64,000 nucleotides of DNA from Camelus ferus (lineage: Eukaryota): contig NC_045707.1 in NCBI RefSeq assembly GCF_009834535.1, forward strand, positions 50,408,001 through 50,472,000, read 5' to 3'. The notes beneath the pieces were generated by a model. The model was given only the letters and a program-made list of their open reading frames with translations. It did not search any database and was not told where the DNA came from. The position numbers and the translations under genes are program-made. Within the stretch, counting starts at the first letter, position 1. Each line of letters opens with the position of its first letter. Positions 26,538-39,629 of this stretch are shown in pieces.

Positions 26538-27130
26538 TGTAGTAAATTGCATCATTGGCCCCAATTCTTCGCTGTGTACCTATACTATGCTCTTTGCTGG
26601 GTGACTTTGAAGATCATCCTACTAGAGAGGTATTGAGTGACCAACTGGTCCTGGTTTACCTGGGACTTTCCTGGTTCTCACATGAAAATTACTGTATCCT
26701 GGGGAAGCACCTTAGTCTTAGGCAACTGGGAATTACTGATCACGCTTAGCATAGTATATTTTCATACCCCTTTACTTTGGGCTTGGTCATGTGACTTACT
26801 TGGCCAATAGAATGAAGTAGAAGTGGCAATGTGTCAGTTCTCAGTCTAAGGCATTAACAGACTTTGCATGCTCGTGCTGTTTGTACTTCTGCCATCACCA
26901 TGAGAAGGACATGCCCTGATTATCCCATTGGTCCAAAGAGGAGGAGGGGTGTGTGGAGCAGAGTTGACCTCAGCAGAGCAGCCCAGCCAAGTGCAGTTTA
27001 TATCAGTCTTTCTCTGACACAGCTATATTAGTTTCTATCAGAAAAGCTGTACTTTGCATGACTAATAATAAATCTTGCTATTTTGAAACCCTGAATTTGG
27101 CATGCTTTATTACACAGCAATAGTTATAAC
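26538..27130 (+). mobile_element. MLT1G/H-like MaLR LTR
   Basis: tgtagtaaattgcatcattggccccaattc...ctttgggcttggtcatgtgacttacttggccaatagaatg...ccatgagaaggacatgccc...ttacacagcaatag. Confidence 0.75.
26633..26748. mobile_element. MER81/MER94-like hAT-Blackjack element nested in the MLT1 LTR
   Basis: gagtgaccaactggtcctggtttacctgggac...gatcacgctta with degenerate terminal inverted repeats. Confidence 0.7.
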
Positions 27131-29094
27131 CTATAGAAATAAATTTTGTTATAATCAGGCGGTGGACTAAAAATTTTACACAGAACATCTCCTGCTACCA
27201 TGCCATGAAGTAGTAAAGTTATTATTTTATGGCTGGGGAAACTGATAGAAAGATGAAGTAAATGCCCAACATCAGCGATGGAGCTCATTCCAAATCTGTT
27301 TCCTAAGTAATTCAATACCTCAAAGTTTCTAAAAACTTTTCAACTAATACAAACAAGATCACTGTGAAAGATTCAAGCAAATCTTGAGTGTATAAATAGG
27401 AAACATAAATAGGAAAAAAGTAAAATATCCTCTCTCTCTCTCCCTGACTCCTCCCCTTTCTCATTTCTCTAATTGCTCCTCCCTAAAGTAATCACCAGTA
27501 ATTTTTTTTGGCATAAATCCTTCTGGATGATTTTCTATGCATTTTATAAGCATATTTCTTCATTTTAAATTTTGGTATAAACAAACACACACCATTCTGC
27601 AGTGTTTTTCCCTTTGATAACTTGGGTGTCTTTCCACTCCAATCCATCTAGGGACACTTTAGATTCTTTTATCAGCTGCAAATCACTCCAGAGTGTGGCG
27701 GTATTGTAATTTGAGTTTTTGTTTAACAATCAACATTTCAAATGATTCTAATTTTTCATTATTCCAAACAATTATTCCATGAACTTTCTTTTCATTTATC
27801 ATTGTGCACATAAATGAGTACCGACATAGAAAAAAATCCTAGAAATTAATTTTGCCCACAAATTACACATCAGTGTTTTTTTTTTTTTTCAGTTTGTTTA
27901 AATAAAATACCATGTGCAAAAAAACGTGGACCAGTACTCGTGCATCACAAGCAAATGCTCATCGGGTAATGAGTTCTCTCTTTGGACCCTCTACCCCTTC
28001 TTGGAGGCATCTTTTTAAGGCATTCATTGTAGCCTGTAAAGTGCATTAGCTGTAAATGTTTGGCCTCAGATAAAGTGGGTTGTGTTGCTGTCAGCTGTTG
28101 AATGTATTAATCTTTCACTTCACTTGGATGAATGATTCTTTGGGAGCTTCACCCACCATCCAGAAAGACCCCAGCTACTGCAGGTGTTTGCTGCTTAAAT
28201 GATAAGCTAGTGATGAATTTCTTCAGTGGAAACATTTGTCCCATTAGAGAGTAAAATCACAGTATTCACTGGGTGTATGCAGTCACTTTAAGGTGGGTTC
28301 AGCCACTGGTTCAGTTTAAACCATGTAGACTGTTTAGTTTAGACTGCTAATAAATAAAGGGTCTCATAGGAAGAGACTCAAAGGCTTCTGTCTCATATAG
28401 GTTCCCCTGGCTGAAAGAAAATACTAGAGGAAGAGAGAAAAAAATTAAAAAGAGGAGGAAAGAGATGGGGAGGGAGGTGATTAACATGTTACATGCCTGC
28501 TGTGGGTCAGGAATTCTTTCATTGATTCAGAGTTATTGAGAATCATTCATGTGCCAGATCCAGTGCTAAGCACTGGGAAGAAAGAAAAAAAAGAGACAGT
28601 CTCTGCTCTCACTTTAGCCCCTGCTACATTGGAAGACACCTATTGAAGGCAACAATTACTGAGAAGAACACACAATGCAATAGGAGTATATCAAAAGGGT
28701 GCAAAGACTTCTGGGGATTCTGGGTTAGTGTCCTAGGGCCAGTGGCTCTTCTGCTGATCTGGGGTGGGAGACCCTCGGCTTCCTTCACACGGAGACTGGA
28801 GTGCGTGACTACCACATCTCACACACGGCACCAAGCATAGTAGCTGACAACCAAATGGGGCTACTGCTGGTCATCTGATCAGCCACTTTGCTCTGAGGAT
28901 CATCAGCAGGTGCTTCAGATCCTAGAAATAAGAGTTGAAGGAATCGGTTGTTTTAGAGAGCAATGACATCTTAGGTATGATGACAACAAGAACACAGCAC
29001 TCACCATGTGTCCTACTCTGTCCCAGGAGCTTGTGACTATTGAATTATTTAATCCCCACAACAAGCCTATGGGATAAGATACAGTTTTTGTTTT

Positions 29095-30333
29095 AAAATA
29101 TTTTTATTGAAGAAAAATGAACATAGAACATAGAAAACACATACATAAGTGCTGAACGCACATTTCAAAGAATTTTCACAAATTGAACATTTGTGGAACT
29201 ATAGCTCGGATCAGGAAGTGGAACACTGGTAGCACCCCAGTGGCATCCCCCATCTCCAGTCACTACCCTCCCCCTCCCCAAAGCTATCACTATCCTGGCT
29301 TGTCATTATACATCAGTGTTGCCTGGTTTTGAACTTTATATAAGTGGAATCATATGTGCATACCCTTTTGTATCTGGCCTTTTTGGCTCAATGTTGTATT
29401 TGTAAGCTTTGTCCACGTTATTGCTTGTAACAGCAGTTTATTCATTTTTATTGGTGTCAGCATTCCACTGTATGATTATACTGTGATTTGTTTATACATT
29501 TTTAATGCTAAAGAAAATTTTGGTTGTTTCTAGTTTGGGGCTATAATGAATAGTGGTGCTATTTCTGTCTAAGAATATGCATGTGTCTAACTATATACTA
29601 TATATATATCTCCAGGACCAACAGAAATCAACATATTTTTGTATGTGTGTTTATATATGTGTGTGTGTAAACATGAGATACACATACACTGCCAAACCAT
29701 TGTTCACAGTGGTTGTGCCAGGTATCCTCAGCATGGGGAGAGCCGGCTCTCATTCCCTAGTCCAAGGCCTGGCATTCTTCCCCATCCTTGGTTCTGTCCT
29801 GCGTTGCAACAAGTCTAATATGCATAGGCTCTGTCTACACAGCCACCCTTTCACCATCCCCTGGATCAAGCTTTGCACACACCAGCAATGTGGCTTGCCT
29901 TTGAGAAATGGGCTTAGAGAAGAAGCCCATTCAGGCAGGAAATTCTGGAGTCCTGGTTGTCTAGACTATTGTCCAGGGGAGGAAGGGGTGTGGGTCTTGG
30001 GTGGGCGAGTTCTTGGGCTCCACGGACTCCTTACTCCACAGGGTGGAGCAGGGCCAGGGAGGGCCAGGGCAGACCCGTCTTGACTGGGTCTGAAGACAGG
30101 GCTGCACTCGCTCACTGTGTATGAGTCTCAGTTGTTTCACTTCTTCGTCAAGACTTGATCTTGTCAGTCTTCTTTATTTTAGCCCTTCTGCTGGGTAGTA
30201 GCGAAATCACATTGTGAGTGAATTGATGGTCAACGAGGTATATAGCATTTTCTTCTTATACTTTTTGCCATTTGGATATGCTCTCTCGTGAAGTGTCTGT
30301 TCAACGATTTCCCACAATTTTCTATTAGGTGAT
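29095..30333 (-). mobile_element. Old L1M (MB/MC-like) that splits a MIR (halves at about 28990-29090 and 30335-30480)
   Basis: ttttgaactttatataagtggaatcata...actgccaaaccattgttcacagtggttgtgcca // cagttgtttcac...gtgaagtgtctgttcaa. Confidence 0.75.
29721..30104 (-). mobile_element. GC-rich hAT-Tip100 (FordPrefect-like) element inserted in the L1
   Basis: Interrupts collinear L1 sequence; its end cagacccgtcttgactgggtctgaagacagggctg resembles the FordPrefect terminus as I recall it. Confidence 0.55.
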
Positions 30334-30614
30334 TGGTCACTATTATTATCTCTATTTCACAATGGGGACTCGGAAATACAGAGAGGATAAATAATTTTCT
30401 CAAAGTGCCATAACTAGAAGTAGAAAAAGAGCTTGGATTTGAATCCAGGATGTCTGACTTCACAGTCCACTTTCATAATCCACTCAAAGTGTCAGACAAA
30501 AAACCCACATTGGAGAGTTTTGCCACTGTTATGACTCCTGGATATATAGCTTGAGGCCCCCTAGCTGAGGGAAAGAGTTGTATTCAAGAGATCCAAGTGG
30601 AGACCACGTTAGCG

Positions 30615-31070
30615 ATGGTAAAATTACCAAAAACTTGATGACTCAAAACAACACACATTTATTCTCTTACAGTTTTCGGGGTGGGGGGTCAGAAGTCCAA
30701 AATGGGTTTTATAAGGCTGAAATCAAGGTTCTCTCCATGGAGGCTCTGGGGAGAATGCCTTTCCTGACTTTTCCATCTTGCACACCTTGCTGCATTCTTG
30801 TCTCATGGTCCTTTGCTCAGTCTTCAAGGAATCTTCAAAACTTCCTCTGCTTCTTCACATCAGCTTCTCCTCTGCAGTTAAATCCCCTTCTGCCTCCCTC
30901 TTATAAGGACATTTATGATTACATTTAGGGCCCAGGATTATCTAGGATACTCCATCTCAAGACTCTTAATGCAATCACCTATAAAAGAGTACTTTTTCCA
31001 TATAAGGTAATATTTACAGGTTCCAGGACCAGGACCTGCATATCTTTGGGAGCCATTATCAGCCTACCAT
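30615..31070 (-). mobile_element. MLT1C/D MaLR LTR
   Basis: aaaacaacacacatttattctcttacagttt...tataaggacatttatgattacatttagggccc...ccattatcagcctacca. Confidence 0.85.
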
Positions 31071-31995
31071 CCCCCTCCACCATTTTTATTCAATATATAT
31101 ATGTCATGTGTTTTTCCCTGTGAATGTTTGTACTTGGAAATAAACTGATTCATCACCTGATTCACTTATGCTGAATATCAGTCAAACTATTCAGAAAATT
31201 CTGGCTTAAAAATTTCTGTCTTTGGGGTTCCCATGAACCCCTTACTGCCTTATGAACTGTTAAAGTGTCCTAGGCAGGAACAAAGAATGGTTAGCATTTA
31301 TGTTTGACCTCAGATATAAATTATTTAGATGATTCATGGGGTTTCTTACTGTGAAATTATCTTTCTTAGAAGCTTCCTCTTCTAGGAACCTGATATGCTT
31401 TCAAATCTTCTGGGTAAAAAATACCTTCCTTCACCACTTCTGTTAGGCACATGTAGGGAATCCTGGTCAGAAGCGACAGGAAGCTCACTTCCGGGCAAGG
31501 GCCGGCTGCCCCGGGGCACCTGTTGTGCTAGAAATGAACATGAGATGCCTAACATGTGTTGCCCCTTCCCCTCCGGCTGCCAGGTGGGGGACTCAGCTGC
31601 TCTCAGAACCAGGATCTTCATGGCTTTATCCAGAGGCCTGGAGTTCCCTTTCATCCTGCTTTTCATCTGCCACATGATTCACACTGTGTAAGGCTTTACC
31701 TCTGGGTCCCCAGGAGAGCAATTTTATTCTGCAGCCATTTGCTGCCAGTTCATTCAACACATGTTTGTCAAGTGCCTACTATGTACCCTGCAGTTTCCTG
31801 GATGCTGGCGATTTAAGGATGAGTAAAGTGTAGATCTTGCCCTCAGGATATCACAGTGTTTAGTCACAATATGATAATCCTGCATCAGTCTTTTTCAGCG
31901 GCAGGTGACACAAAGGAAATTCACATGGACTTAAACACTAAAGAGAATGTCTTGATTTACACAATGGAAAAGTCCAGGGATAGTACTGTGTATCA

Positions 31996-32675
31996 GTACT
32001 ATCAGTCAGGGTCCACACAGAGAAGAGTCCAATCAAACAAGTGTGCACACACACCCATGAACACACACTAAGGGGTTTATTACAAGACTCTGACCCATGC
32101 AATTGTAGAGGCAGGTTAGCCAGTCTCTACCAGGCTGATGTCTTTGTTTCTGACGCTGGAGCTTGAAGACCTCAGGGCTACCTAGGGAAGCTACAGTGAA
32201 AGTGGGGAAGAGCAGGACACCGTGGCACCCTTGAATGTGAGCCAGGACCTATGCGGGTGGACCAGAACCCACGTCAGTCTCTCACCACCTCCAGAACACA
32301 TCAGACCCCTGTGGGGGGCCTGCAGTAGGGCACTAGTGTGCTTGGTCATGAAGCTAACTATGCATGTGGTCCAAGAGTCAAGGAAGCCGTCAGAGAATTG
32401 GAGGAAAGGTGGAGATGATGCAAACCTGGATGCTGCCACACAAAAGCAAGGACAGGCGCAGATGAGCGACAGTGCGCGTGCGCCGGGCAAGATCCGTGCG
32501 CCTTCCCCAGCACTTTTAGACATCCAAGTCACGTGCCCGCCTTCACGTCTACCTTCTGAATCCCACACAGAACGTCTTTTAGCGTCCACTCCAACCAGAA
32601 GCGCATAGCGAAGGGGATTCTTGGAGAGGTACTGCCGCTTAGCCCAGCCGACGCCTTACAAAGCAACTCCCACAC
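31996..32675 (-). mobile_element. MLT2 (MLT2F-like) ERVL LTR
   Basis: tatcagtcagggtccacacagagaa...gtttattacaag...gcaattgtagaggc at one end; aaggggattcttggaga...gcttagcccagccgacgccttacaaagcaactcccaca at the other. Confidence 0.6.
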
Positions 32676-32720
32676 TGGCAGTAGGAAAGTCCGGCTCGGG
32701 GTGTTCGAATAACGTCTGGA
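32450..32720. promoter_or_regulatory. CpG-rich patch with NRF1-like (TGCGCGTGCGC, 32473-32483) and USF/E-box (GTCACGTG, 32528-32535) motifs
   Basis: About 22 CpG in about 270 bp by hand count, in a window that is otherwise strongly CpG-depleted. Confidence 0.5.
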
Positions 32721-33259
32721 AATCTCTCAGTTTTGTTTGGACTTTTTTCTTAAAGAGCCTCTTCTCTCAGTTTAGCTTTCCTTTAAGCTCAGTGGAAAGA
32801 GCTCCTATTTCTCAGTTTCTATCAAGTCCTGGGCTGACGCTCGATGTCTCTGATTCACCCTGGGGAACAGAGTATTCTCACTGGGCAGCTTGGGGTCCCT
32901 CATCTCCTCCTGAAATCAGGGTATCTGGCCAGCCCCATTCTCACTGCAGAAATGAGAATACACCAGGGTGGTTCCTCTTGGGAAAGTCAAGGTATTGGTA
33001 CTAAAAAAGCAAGCCATGCCTGAAAGTAAAAGACTGCTAAAACAGATAGAAACTCAGGGAAATATCTGCCATAGAACATGGTTGTATCAATGCGAAAGAG
33101 CTGCATGCACAGAGTAATTACTAGGTGGCAATGTGGAAACACATGGTATCTGTCTTTATTGCTGCTTCTGATACCTAACTATGTTGGCCTTGAGCAACTT
33201 GCTTAAGCTCTCTGGAATTAAATGATCTGATTTAACAAGGGAAAGTGTTAGCCTAGATT

Positions 33260-34110
33260 CATTCTTTCATCCAGAAAGCAATTATCAAATATTTAACCAT
33301 ATGCCACACCCTGGGATGAACAGAAAGCCCTTAGGGAGCTTGTCATCTAATGAGAGAGCCGGACAAGTAGAGTTACACAGCATATATATTGGGTGCAGTA
33401 GTACAGGGAAGATAAAAGTTCCTATCTGGGGCAAAGGTTGGTGGGGGGAGAGATTCATAGGGAAGGACATCTTAAGAATTTTTAAAGGACAAGTAGGATT
33501 TTATTGGCAGATAGGTTGAGAGAGCTCTTTTGGTGGCCAAGGACTGCAGATATAAAGGGGCAGAGCAGTGGAGGAATATGCTGCATCTGAGGCAGACTTC
33601 AAGGGTTCAGGGCACTTGTAGACAACAAACAAAGACAAGTTCTCTGCTGAGGATCTGAGCACAAAGGGTATTTTTATGTCATGCTAAAGAATGTGCCTTC
33701 ATCTTACAAGGCTGGCGGAGGGGATGGTGAGTACAGTAGGATGATTTGGAGCCAAGGAGGCTCAGGACTGGTATTTAAGAAACAGGGTGTCAACAAGGGA
33801 GAAGGAAGTGAGAGCGGAGCAGGCGATCAGCTGAGAAATCATTTCTAGCATCCAGGTGACAGGGGTTGCGTGCTTGGACTTGGGACATGGTGCTCTGGCT
33901 GGAGTTAAGGGATATTTAGAGGGTGACTTGTCAGGCTGTACTGATTTGTTGATTGTGGAGAGAAAATGCCAAATCCCAGACTCACAACCAGGAGGAAAAG
34001 GGAGGGCTGCTAACATCCAGAGTTGAAAAAACCAGAGGAGGAGTAGGTTGGGAAGAGGCAGTGGGGGGTCTTGAACTAAAATCACTTTTGGGAGGCTCAG
34101 GTAGAGAAAT
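33260..34110 (-). mobile_element. L2 fragment
   Basis: attcattctttcatcc...tttaaaggacaagtaggatt...gatatttagagggtgacttgtcagg. Confidence 0.65.
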
Positions 34111-35878
34111 CCTTGAGGGCCAAAGCTTCTGTTTAGCTCTGGGAGTCCTGGATTTTATGTCAGTTTCAGTTCAGTCACACAGCTAGCGAGCTTTTCTTAT
34201 CTACCCGTGAAGATGTAAGAATAAGTATCTTGTACTTACAAGGGCTGGAGAAGTGCTTGGCAGATATCATCAGCATGTCTGTTGTAATATGCTGTTTTCA
34301 ACACTTAGTGGGAAAGCACTAGCTGCATTTTATGATTTATACATCAAAGGAACTAAAACAGCATGTGTAGTCCTAATTTCCCTAATTTTCTATCACAAAG
34401 GAAAATCATGAAGTCAGAAAGAAGAAATCTTTTTGATGATTATTCACAAAATGCTGAAATGACAGTCCATGTGAAGAATGACTTTTGGTAAAGAAATAAA
34501 CTTTTTTCTTCAAAATTGCTGTAATATATTATTACCATTCTTCATTATAGGAACGCAGAAGATACTCCAAAATAACCAGATCTTTACACTACAATAAAAA
34601 CACAATCTATAGTCCCATTTCCAGGTAAATAAAGTCACTTTATTTAAAAAAGTGTCTTTTATTTCTATAATGTTGCATGTATATAGAGTGAGTAGGTTTG
34701 TGCTGAGCCAAAATTCCTTCTTGAGTTATGTCAAACATTACTTTATTTTTAAATGATTGTGAAAATGAATTTGCCCAGCATTTTGGGGGCTCTCTGTTTA
34801 ATTTCAAGTGATTTGATGAGACACGTACAAAGAAAACAGATTTGAACATGATCACAATATTTGCTGGGAAAGTTCACTGAGGTTAGGGTTCATCTTTTTT
34901 TGTGTCTCCAATAAGTGGAAATCTAGAAGATTAAATCCAATCTTCACATTCATACAAGTTTTCTTTTGGGGCTCAGGAAGGCAAAGGGACCTTTACAGAT
35001 TATTAGCAATGGTATGAAAGAAACCTGTTCTCCCTTAACTCTTTCTTAAATTGGATTTATTAATTTGATTGGAGCTAAGATTCAGTGACTTTTGAGACTG
35101 AATATCTGGATTCTGTTTGTATGAGGACACAAAGTGTTCATGAAATTGATGTGATATACTGACACGTGCTTACATATGCACACATGCCAGGGGCTTCATT
35201 TAAATGCAGTGTTCCCATTCAGTATTTTTCACAATTTTGTCAGATAGATTGTCCTATTTACATTTTACAGATGAACAAACTGAGACTCAATGAGGTTAAG
35301 TAACTTATAAGTCACTACTGTTATAAATCAAGTGTTTTTTTTTTTTTATCTAAACCTTATGTTTTCCCCTCTTTAAAAATCTTGTAGGTTCTATACCTTG
35401 ATGTACACAGCTTATATTCTAGGTGGAGATAAAAATCAGAAGGAGCAATGAATTACAAATGAAAAGTGAGGAATTCTTGTCCTGGCGTCACTACTGATCA
35501 CTTAACTCCTCTGCAGCAAGAGCTTTTACATCCATTAAATAAAGATCAAGGCATTGGCATCTGTTCTTTCTGCCGTAAATGGTTTGTATGAGGCATCAAG
35601 TTGGAGAAGTCAGAAGACCAGAATTGACATCCCAGCCCAACCACTCGCTTACCAGTTCTGCAGCCTTGAGCAGGGCACTTTACAATTTAACAGTTCCCAC
35701 ACCTATTACATGAGAATACTGACCCACAGTCTGCCTATCTTACATGATAAAACACTATTAAAATGAAACATACAATTGTTAACACAATTTAAAAGCCATT
35801 TATACATGGGCTTTGTAAGTATACGCTGGGCAGAACTTGTACTGGAGAACAGAGCTTAAGTAAGAAATTTCTCCGTAT

Positions 35879-36378
35879 GTGTATTAGTGTCTATTGCTAG
35901 TATACCAAATTAATACAAATTTGGTGGCTCAAACAATAGAAATTTATTATATTCTGACCTCCATAGGTCAGAAGTCCAACACAGGTCTCACTGGGCTAAA
36001 ATGAAGGCATCTCTGGGGCTATGATCTTTCCTGAAGCATCTAGAATCTATTTCTTTGCCTTTTCCAAACTCTAGAAGCCACCTGCATTCCTTGGCTCAAG
36101 ATCTCTTTCCTCTGTCTTCAAAGCCAGCATCGTTGCTCCTCTCTGGCCTTCCTTTGGTTGTTCAACCTCTCGCTGACCATAGATGGGAAAGGTTCTTCAG
36201 TTTTAAGGATTTCTGTAATAAGGCTGGTTTATCTGGATAATACGGGATACCCTCTCCTCCCTCAAGTTAATGACCATAAACTTAATCACATCTGCAAGTC
36301 TCTTTTGCTACATAAGGTAACATATTCAGAGGTTCTGTGGACATTTCGTGGAGAGGCAGGCATCATTCTGTCTACCAC
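35879..36378 (-). mobile_element. MLT1D MaLR LTR
   Basis: tgtattagtgtctattgct...ggtcagaagtccaacacaggtctcactgggctaaaat...cttaatcacatctgcaagtctctttt...cattctgtctaccac. Confidence 0.9.
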
Positions 36379-37520
36379 CGTGTATAACATTATAAACATA
36401 GTGGAAGTGACAGTTACAGAGTTACTGAAAGTGATTTTTTTTTCTTAAATTATCCAGCATCTAATGCCTGATGGGAATTTGATTTAATACTGTTAAGTCC
36501 TCATCACATTTTATCTGCCACAGAAATTGTTTGCATGTGACTATCAGCCCAACCCATCATCTCACTGGTTTAGTCATTTACTGCCTTTCAAAGGATAATT
36601 CTCTGCCACAGTAAAGAGATTCTCAGACGCACTGGCTGAAACATCAACTACAGGAAAGAAGAGAAGTGCAGGTAAACTAAAACTGGAAACTTGTAAATAA
36701 TATGAGAACAATCCCATATCTTGACTGGTTAGACTATCAGTTATATACTTTGAGTGGATTTATATCTTATGCAATCACTGAAGGAGTTGGAAGGAAGTTT
36801 CCTTTCTTTTTCACCTAGTTACCAGTACAGGAACTTGTTTTGCACAAAATTTCATCTGTGGTCCAGGGGCTCCTTTTAAAATATTTTCTAGGACAGGACA
36901 TCCTGCTCACTGCAAGGGGACTTCAGATGTGCACAGTTTTCCTGACATGGAATCAGTCTTGCTGCTATTTCTATTTGATTCTTCTGCCACCCGTTGGAGG
37001 AACCCGGGAGGGATTCTCTACGATACTTACTCTTATTCCAGCAAAATGTCTTACTTCCTTCAGTCATCCTTCAAATGAAAGTCCTGATTGGATGAATTAA
37101 AGTAGGTGTGCTTATTTTAAAAATGGGAAAGTTGGGACTTAGGGAGGCTTAATAACTTGCCCAGAGTACACAGTTAGTAATGACAGAGCCATGATTCGAG
37201 GAAAGACTTGCCTGACTCTAACAGTCTTGATTCTCAAAAGTGAGATCTGAATAAATTTAATGAATAGCTATCAAGTTGATGCAGAGTATGTCATAGCCAG
37301 ATACTGGATGCAGACCTCCTGAATTTAGAAGATGGAATGGTTTATATTTTTCTTATAAATATATGTGGGAGACTTGAAAAATTGGTGAAAAGTGATTAGG
37401 ACCTGAGAGATGTAGAGGGAAGGTGTAATGTCTTCCAAGCCTTAGATTTTAAGACCTAGAAGGAATATTAGAGATAACATCGACAGTTGATCTCAAGCGT
37501 GGTTTTTCTAATTGCTTTTT

Positions 37521-37854
37521 TTAAATTGAAGTATAGTCAGTTTCTAATGTTGTGTCAATTTCTGGTGTACAGCATAATGTTTCAGTCATACATATATATA
37601 CATATGTTTGTTTTCATGTTCTTTTTCATTATAGGTTAATACAAGATATTGAATACAGTTCCCTGGGCTATACAGTAGAAACTTGTTGTTTATCTATTTT
37701 ATATATAGTGGTTAGTATCTGCAAATCTCGAACTCCCAATTTATCCTTCCCACCCCTTTCCCCCCTGGTAACCATAAGTTTGTTTTCTATGTCTGTAAGT
37801 CTGTTTCTGTTTTGTAAATATGTTCATTTATGTCTTTTTAAAATATGAGTGATA
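37521..37854 (-). mobile_element. 5'-truncated young L1, same subfamily as 626-1294
   Basis: Antisense L1 3' UTR; perfect TSD tctaattgcttttt at 37507-37520 and 37855-37868. Confidence 0.93.
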
Positions 37855-39629
37855 TCTAATTGCTTTTTAATATGATTTGTTACAATCCCTTCTCAAGCAG
37901 ACTTCACAGTTAAAATATAATCTTATTACAAAATAAATATTTGTAAAATGTATTCCTAATTAAGACATTGGTTTTGTCATATTTCCTGTCTGGTAATTAT
38001 TACTAGAACTTTGTGAGAATTAACACCATGGTAAAAATGAATTCAGAATTGAACTCAGTGCTCAGTGCTGCCTTTTCCCAGTATCCATCACAGTGAAATT
38101 CTTGCCTTCCTTTATCTGGGCAATAGATTTCTATTAGTAGAGCCCAAGGCTGTGTCTGAGTCCCTCTTCACAAGTTAGGGGGTTAGGAGATTATGTTGGG
38201 GTTTAGCCCAAATTTTGGAGTTTCGGTAGATCATAGGCTGTCCCCAAGCTCTGGGAACCATATGAATGAAAAAATTGTCTAAGATCAGAGTTTGGGTGTG
38301 TGTTCATGTGTGTATTTGTGCATGTGCATGTTTTGTGTGTCTTGGAAGTAAGATGGAGTTTGTAAGCCAGAGAAGAGTACCCAATCTCCAAAAAAGGGAA
38401 AAGCTCCAGAAGCACAAATGATGATCTAGAAGTCAAGCCCAGGGACTGAAGTCCATCAGAGTGGTAGGGCTACAGGTGACAGATCACACCAGTGAAGAAG
38501 GGGTGGGGTGGGGGACAGGAGGATTCTTTTATGTTAATATGTTGTATGCAAAAGAAATGATTAATCTCCAAGTAGGACCAATCCTATTGTTTGGACAGTC
38601 AGCAAGAAATTCTAGGGAATCATGATAAAAATTGAAGTCAGGTGGATGGCACTATCTTCCTTCTTGGTGGCCAGCCCTTTTAGACCATGACTCCCACCAG
38701 GACTTGGGGACCGAATCAAGATCCTTGAAGAAGGTGCTGCAAAGGTTAGTGTGAGGGCCAATTTCCCAAACAGATGGTGCTGGGATTCAGGGCAGGTTTA
38801 ACACCAATGGGTGAATGGGAATGCCAATCCCATAGTCAAAGCTCAAGCCTAGTAATAGAGTGAAAGCCACAGGGTGGGAGTTCAGGGCGTCTATAGCCTG
38901 GCACAAACACTCCGGTGAGGCCCAGACACCTGGCTTTATGGACCCACAACTAATGCCAAAACCTTCTCTGTAAAATCCCAAAGTACTGATTTTCCTGGTG
39001 AAGGCTGGCTCAGTAGAGAGGATGGCCTGAATAAATCTGGGCAAAGGGCCTCAGTACCTGCAGCTCATGAGACAGGGAAGGCAGGATGTATGGACAGAGT
39101 CCATGGGTCTCTGCCCAGAGCTGTCTCATTGCTCCCGAGACCCAGAACAGTCTCACCCTCCTCCACTTCTCATAATCAGGCATCTCCTGCCAGCACTTCT
39201 TGAAACTACTTCTTTGAATATCACTAGCAGCTCATACTAAGTGAATCCAGAAGTTTTTTCTCAGCTCCCCCTTTTCTTTCTCTTCAAACAGTGAACTTGA
39301 CTGGCCGATCCCACCTTATTTGATATCTTCCTTCCAATGTTTTCTTGTTCTCTCCATCTTTGGTTAATTTTTCTCTCTCCTAGGAGACCTCCTTTTCTTC
39401 TTCTCATGCAGATACACTTCGCATTTCCTAAGCCTTTGTCCTTGATCATCTGCTCTTCCTCCCATTTACTCTCTCCTCCAAGATTTCAGTTTTTCTCATG
39501 GCTTCAAGTATTTGCTCTATATGGGTGATTCCAAAATCTGAACCCCAGACCTGACTTTTCTCTGCTTCTTTCAGCCTAGTGTATTTCAGCCCATTTAGGA
39601 GCAAAATATTGACATATAAAACACAATGA

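Noticed and set aside
29553..30083. Longest ORF in the window (176 aa)
   Set aside because: It runs through antisense L1, a TG/TA-rich tract and a DNA-transposon insert, with no recognisable domain.
32191..33004. Three ORFs of 127-132 aa on both strands
   Set aside because: They lie in or next to a GC-rich LTR where stop codons are rarer; no recognisable protein.
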